Positions 61,201 to 64,000 of a DNA stretch of 64,000 nt are shown in pieces. The stretch lies in assembly GCA_036785375.1 (NCBI GenBank), contig JAWMAR010000194.1, positions 3,844,001 to 3,908,000 on the forward strand, read 5' to 3'. This stretch comes from Leucoraja ocellata (taxonomy: Eukaryota). The stretch's first letter is position 1; the number at the start of each line of letters is the position of its first letter. The position numbers and the translations under genes are program-made. A model generated the notes under the pieces. The model was not told where the DNA came from, did no database searches, and saw only the letters and a program-made list of their open reading frames with translations.

Positions 61201-62216
61201 TACAGTATATGCTGTTCTGTGTACGATGAGCAGACCAGATGGAAAATTTTAGAACCCTGGCCAAACAGTTAAGCAAACGGGGAGCAAATGGAATCAACTT
61301 GTATGTGACGTATATTTTATATAATCTCTTACTGAGGTCAGTTAAACGTATAATTAAAGCTCCAATAATCCATCACTTTTGTGTCATTGCTGCTGTACAG
61401 GTAGAAGTTCTGGCTTTTCAAAGTTTACTTCTATTAATATCCTGTCAGATATTTTAGGTGCTCATAGGAATAATACATTTTCCAGTGATCAGGCTAATAA
61501 GTTTAATGAGAACAGTAGGAAACTGGAAATTAATGAGTTTAATAGGAATGTCAATCTCTTTTTTTAATTTTATGTTTGAAAATACAGGGTGGGGAAAGGG
61601 AGGAGAGATGAGTACCCTGAATGATTTCTGTCCAGTTTATACTGCTACGCATAATTGTCTGTCCATTTCAAGGGTTTATTGATTGCCCAGTGTTCTTGAC
61701 CGTAATGTTTTTGCCTGGAACTTTTGTCCTCGAAACTATTTGGCATGCCATTCTTCAAAGTCTGGATGAATGATCAGGCAAGATCTTTAAATTAATTCTA
61801 TCATTCAAGTGGGGTATTACAGCTCATCTTCTTTCCCGAATTACCAGTTAATGGTGGTTTATGATGTAGCCAGATTTTCCAGGGCAATTCTCTGGTGGGA
61901 GGAGGGAAGGATATTATCCAGCCACTCTTCACACATCTCAAATTAATCAAATTTTGTTATTTCTCAGTTGCAGCTCGGTATCAACAGTACACTGGTCCAT
62001 CATCAATCATCTTGTCTTTTCCAAAATCCTTGGAAATTCAAACAATGTAAACATCCAAGTTGAAAGCAGGATGAAGTGAATGTTTAGATATAGCCTGCAT
62101 GGGCAAAACATTTCCTTTGCACAGTAGCAAATATTGACATTTAACAAAAATATCCTCATTTTGCATTTAACAATTTTATCTCTTTTATAATTTACAAAAC
62201 CTGTTTACTTTAATAG

Positions 62217-62270
62217 AGTACGTTGAATCACAGTATTGGATTACTGCAGAACATAGCAGCAGGCTTAAAG
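62217..62270 (+). CDS. PROM1: Prominin-1 exon, 54 nt
   Basis: aatag|...|gtaaat; STLNHSIGLLQNIAAGLK. Confidence 0.92.
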
Positions 62271-62699
62271 GTAAATCTTTTGTTGTCTTCTTGAATTTGA
62301 ATATATTTTTGTTGGCACTTGCTCATGTTTTGTACCTGGTTTAGTGTTGTACAAAGAATGTAATGCAAAATAAGGATATGTTTTTATTCTGTTGTAGTTG
62401 AGCTGGTCATGTCAGCTTTTCCCAGTGGATATGAAATGGTGCCTTCCATAAACTTTCATTTCATTACTTACTGTTTCAATTCCTGTGCAGACATCACTCC
62501 AAACCTCTGTACAGAGTAACCTCAGCTGAAAAACAATAATTAAATCTGTATCCCTCCCATTGATGAAAGTGTAGTTAGTGTTGTACCATTACTGTGTTCT
62601 ACATGTGCTCATGTTCTTCCAAGAACACTGTCATAGTGCTTGACAGTAAGTGATTTCAGATTTTGAGCTGATCCAGTCCATGCACAATAATCAATGTGC

Positions 62700-64000
62700 T
62701 AAAGCGCGATAAAGGAGTTGGACAATGTCCACATGAGCCGGCTTAAGACGCGCCGCCAATACAATCTCAGGCTTTCTACCCACATCCAACACAAATGTCG
62801 AAATGCCATTTCTCCTGTTCCAACACCCGACACAGCAACACATATGGGCAGTCCTTGAGGGCAGACGGAACATAGGAAAAAAACAATCCCGTGTCGGGAT
62901 GTTGGAACGGGAGAAAGCGTGCTCACTGCTCCCGAAGACGCAACAGCACAGAGGAGGGCGACTCCTCCTGCTCCTGCGCAGCCAGAATAAAAATCACCAG
63001 GAACCGTAAGCGGAGTACCGTACACTAATTCTCAACAGCACCTGCGGTAACTCATCGACCCAATCCGGGCCTGTGAGCCCTGCTTTCAAAGCATCATTGA
63101 GATGGCGGTGGAAACGCTGAACCAACCCGTTGGATTGCGGATGGTAATCCGTGGTGCGGTGCAGCTGAGCACTCAACAGCTGGGCCATGGCAGACCACAA
63201 CCCAGAGGTGAACTGTGCACCCCTGTCAGACGAGATGTCCACCAGCACACTAAAACAAGCTTTCCAATGAGCAACAAGGGCGCGAATGCATGTAGTGGCA
63301 GAGGTATCAGCAATCGGACGGAACAGCCTCCAGCCATCGAGTGAAGCGATCAACGATAGTAAACAGATGAGTAACCCCTCTAGACGGGGGCAATGGACCC
63401 ACAATAACAACATAGATATGGTCAAAACGCCGCTGGGGCACAGCAAAACCCTGCACGGGTGCCCTGACATGGCGCTGGATCTTAGACGCCTGACAGGAGA
63501 TGCACGTTCCGGCCCAGTGACCGACCTGCTTACACAGACTATGCCACATAAACATGCCACCTGCCGCCACCAACGCAATCATCACCCAGATGGATGGATG
63601 AGCCAAACCATGAACAATATCGAATGCACGGTGACGCCAAGCTGCAGGAAGGATGGGTCTCGGCCGACCAGTCGACACGTCACAGAGGACCGTGGCACCA
63701 GCAGGGCCAAACCGCACATCCTCCAACACCAAACCAGAAATAGCGGTATGTCACGCTGTGCGGCCGCCAGGGCAGTATAATCAATACCCGGAGCCACCTC
63801 ATGGATAGCAGTGCAGGACAACGTATCTGTAATTAGGTTGCTCTTCCCTGCAATGTGCCGGACGCAAGTCGTGTATTCCGAAATGCAAGCCAAATGGCGC
63901 TGCTGCCGTGCTGACCAGGGATCTGAGATCTTTGCGAAAGTGAAAGTAAGAGGTTTGTGATCCATGAATCCCGCTGAGGGCAAAACGCTGACTTCCGCAC
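62700..64000 (-). mobile_element. Gypsy pol remnant (RNase H end and integrase), continuing beyond the window; related to the 40327-45160 element
   Basis: DHKPLTF..SDPWSARQQRHL; HGLAHPS..CISCQASK; TIVDRFTRW; SDRGAQFTS; HPQSNGLVQRFHR; no 3' LTR seen. Confidence 0.92.

Larger units (their letters stand above)
7305..62270 (+). other. PROM1: Prominin-1 (CD133) gene, internal part; 5' and 3' coding exons lie outside the window
   Basis: The spliced exon chain reads in frame and gives prominin hallmarks: [46 protein letters not shown] and LDTPYLLN. Exon sizes and phases follow the vertebrate PROM1 pattern as I recall it. Confidence 0.96.

Noticed and set aside
7305-62270. Assignment to PROM2 or a prominin pseudogene
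   Set aside because: The exon chain is uninterrupted with canonical splice sites, and the 27-nt and 18-nt facultative exons and peptide motifs fit the PROM1 lineage.
1-64000. Most of the 60-190 aa ORFs in the six-frame track as stand-alone genes
   Set aside because: They are antisense or off-frame readings of TEs, read-throughs of PROM1 exons into introns, or low-complexity intronic frames. The DNA is spliced eukaryotic sequence.
1-64000. CRISPR array, operon or prokaryotic defence system
   Set aside because: There is no regularly spaced repeat-spacer array and no cas-like or bacterial gene density. The recurring short repeats are dispersed retroposon ends.

Overview
This is vertebrate genomic DNA, most likely a skate or ray (inferred from the repeat set: HE1-like SINEs, elasmobranch-type CR1 3' ends and Penelope-derived repeats). 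It is not prokaryotic. The whole window lies inside a + strand prominin-1 (PROM1/CD133) gene. I can read 17 ordinary coding exons from 7305 to 62270, all with AG/GT boundaries and consecutive phase compatibility. The first coding exon lies upstream and the last exons lie downstream of the window. Four frame-preserving microexons (27, 24, 9 and 18 nt) are also present; the ORF track does not delimit them. Three carry a UGC motif just upstream of the acceptor, the SRRM3/4 signature. One exon has an 18-nt internal duplication that doubles an N-glycosylation sequon. The introns are full of transposons. There are three Gypsy LTR elements: one full-length with an AGCT TSD and non-canonical TG...AA ends, one internally deleted, and one running off the window. 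There is a deleted two-gene Harbinger and a palindromic Harbinger MITE carrying mirrored CRE/CCAAT/GC boxes. There are also hAT, Tc1 and Tigger-type elements, CR1/L1/L2/Rex/RTE fragments, and about a dozen copies of a Penelope-derived module containing a minimal hammerhead-ribozyme-like core. Repeat family names come from motif recognition, not database searches, and old repeat boundaries are approximate.
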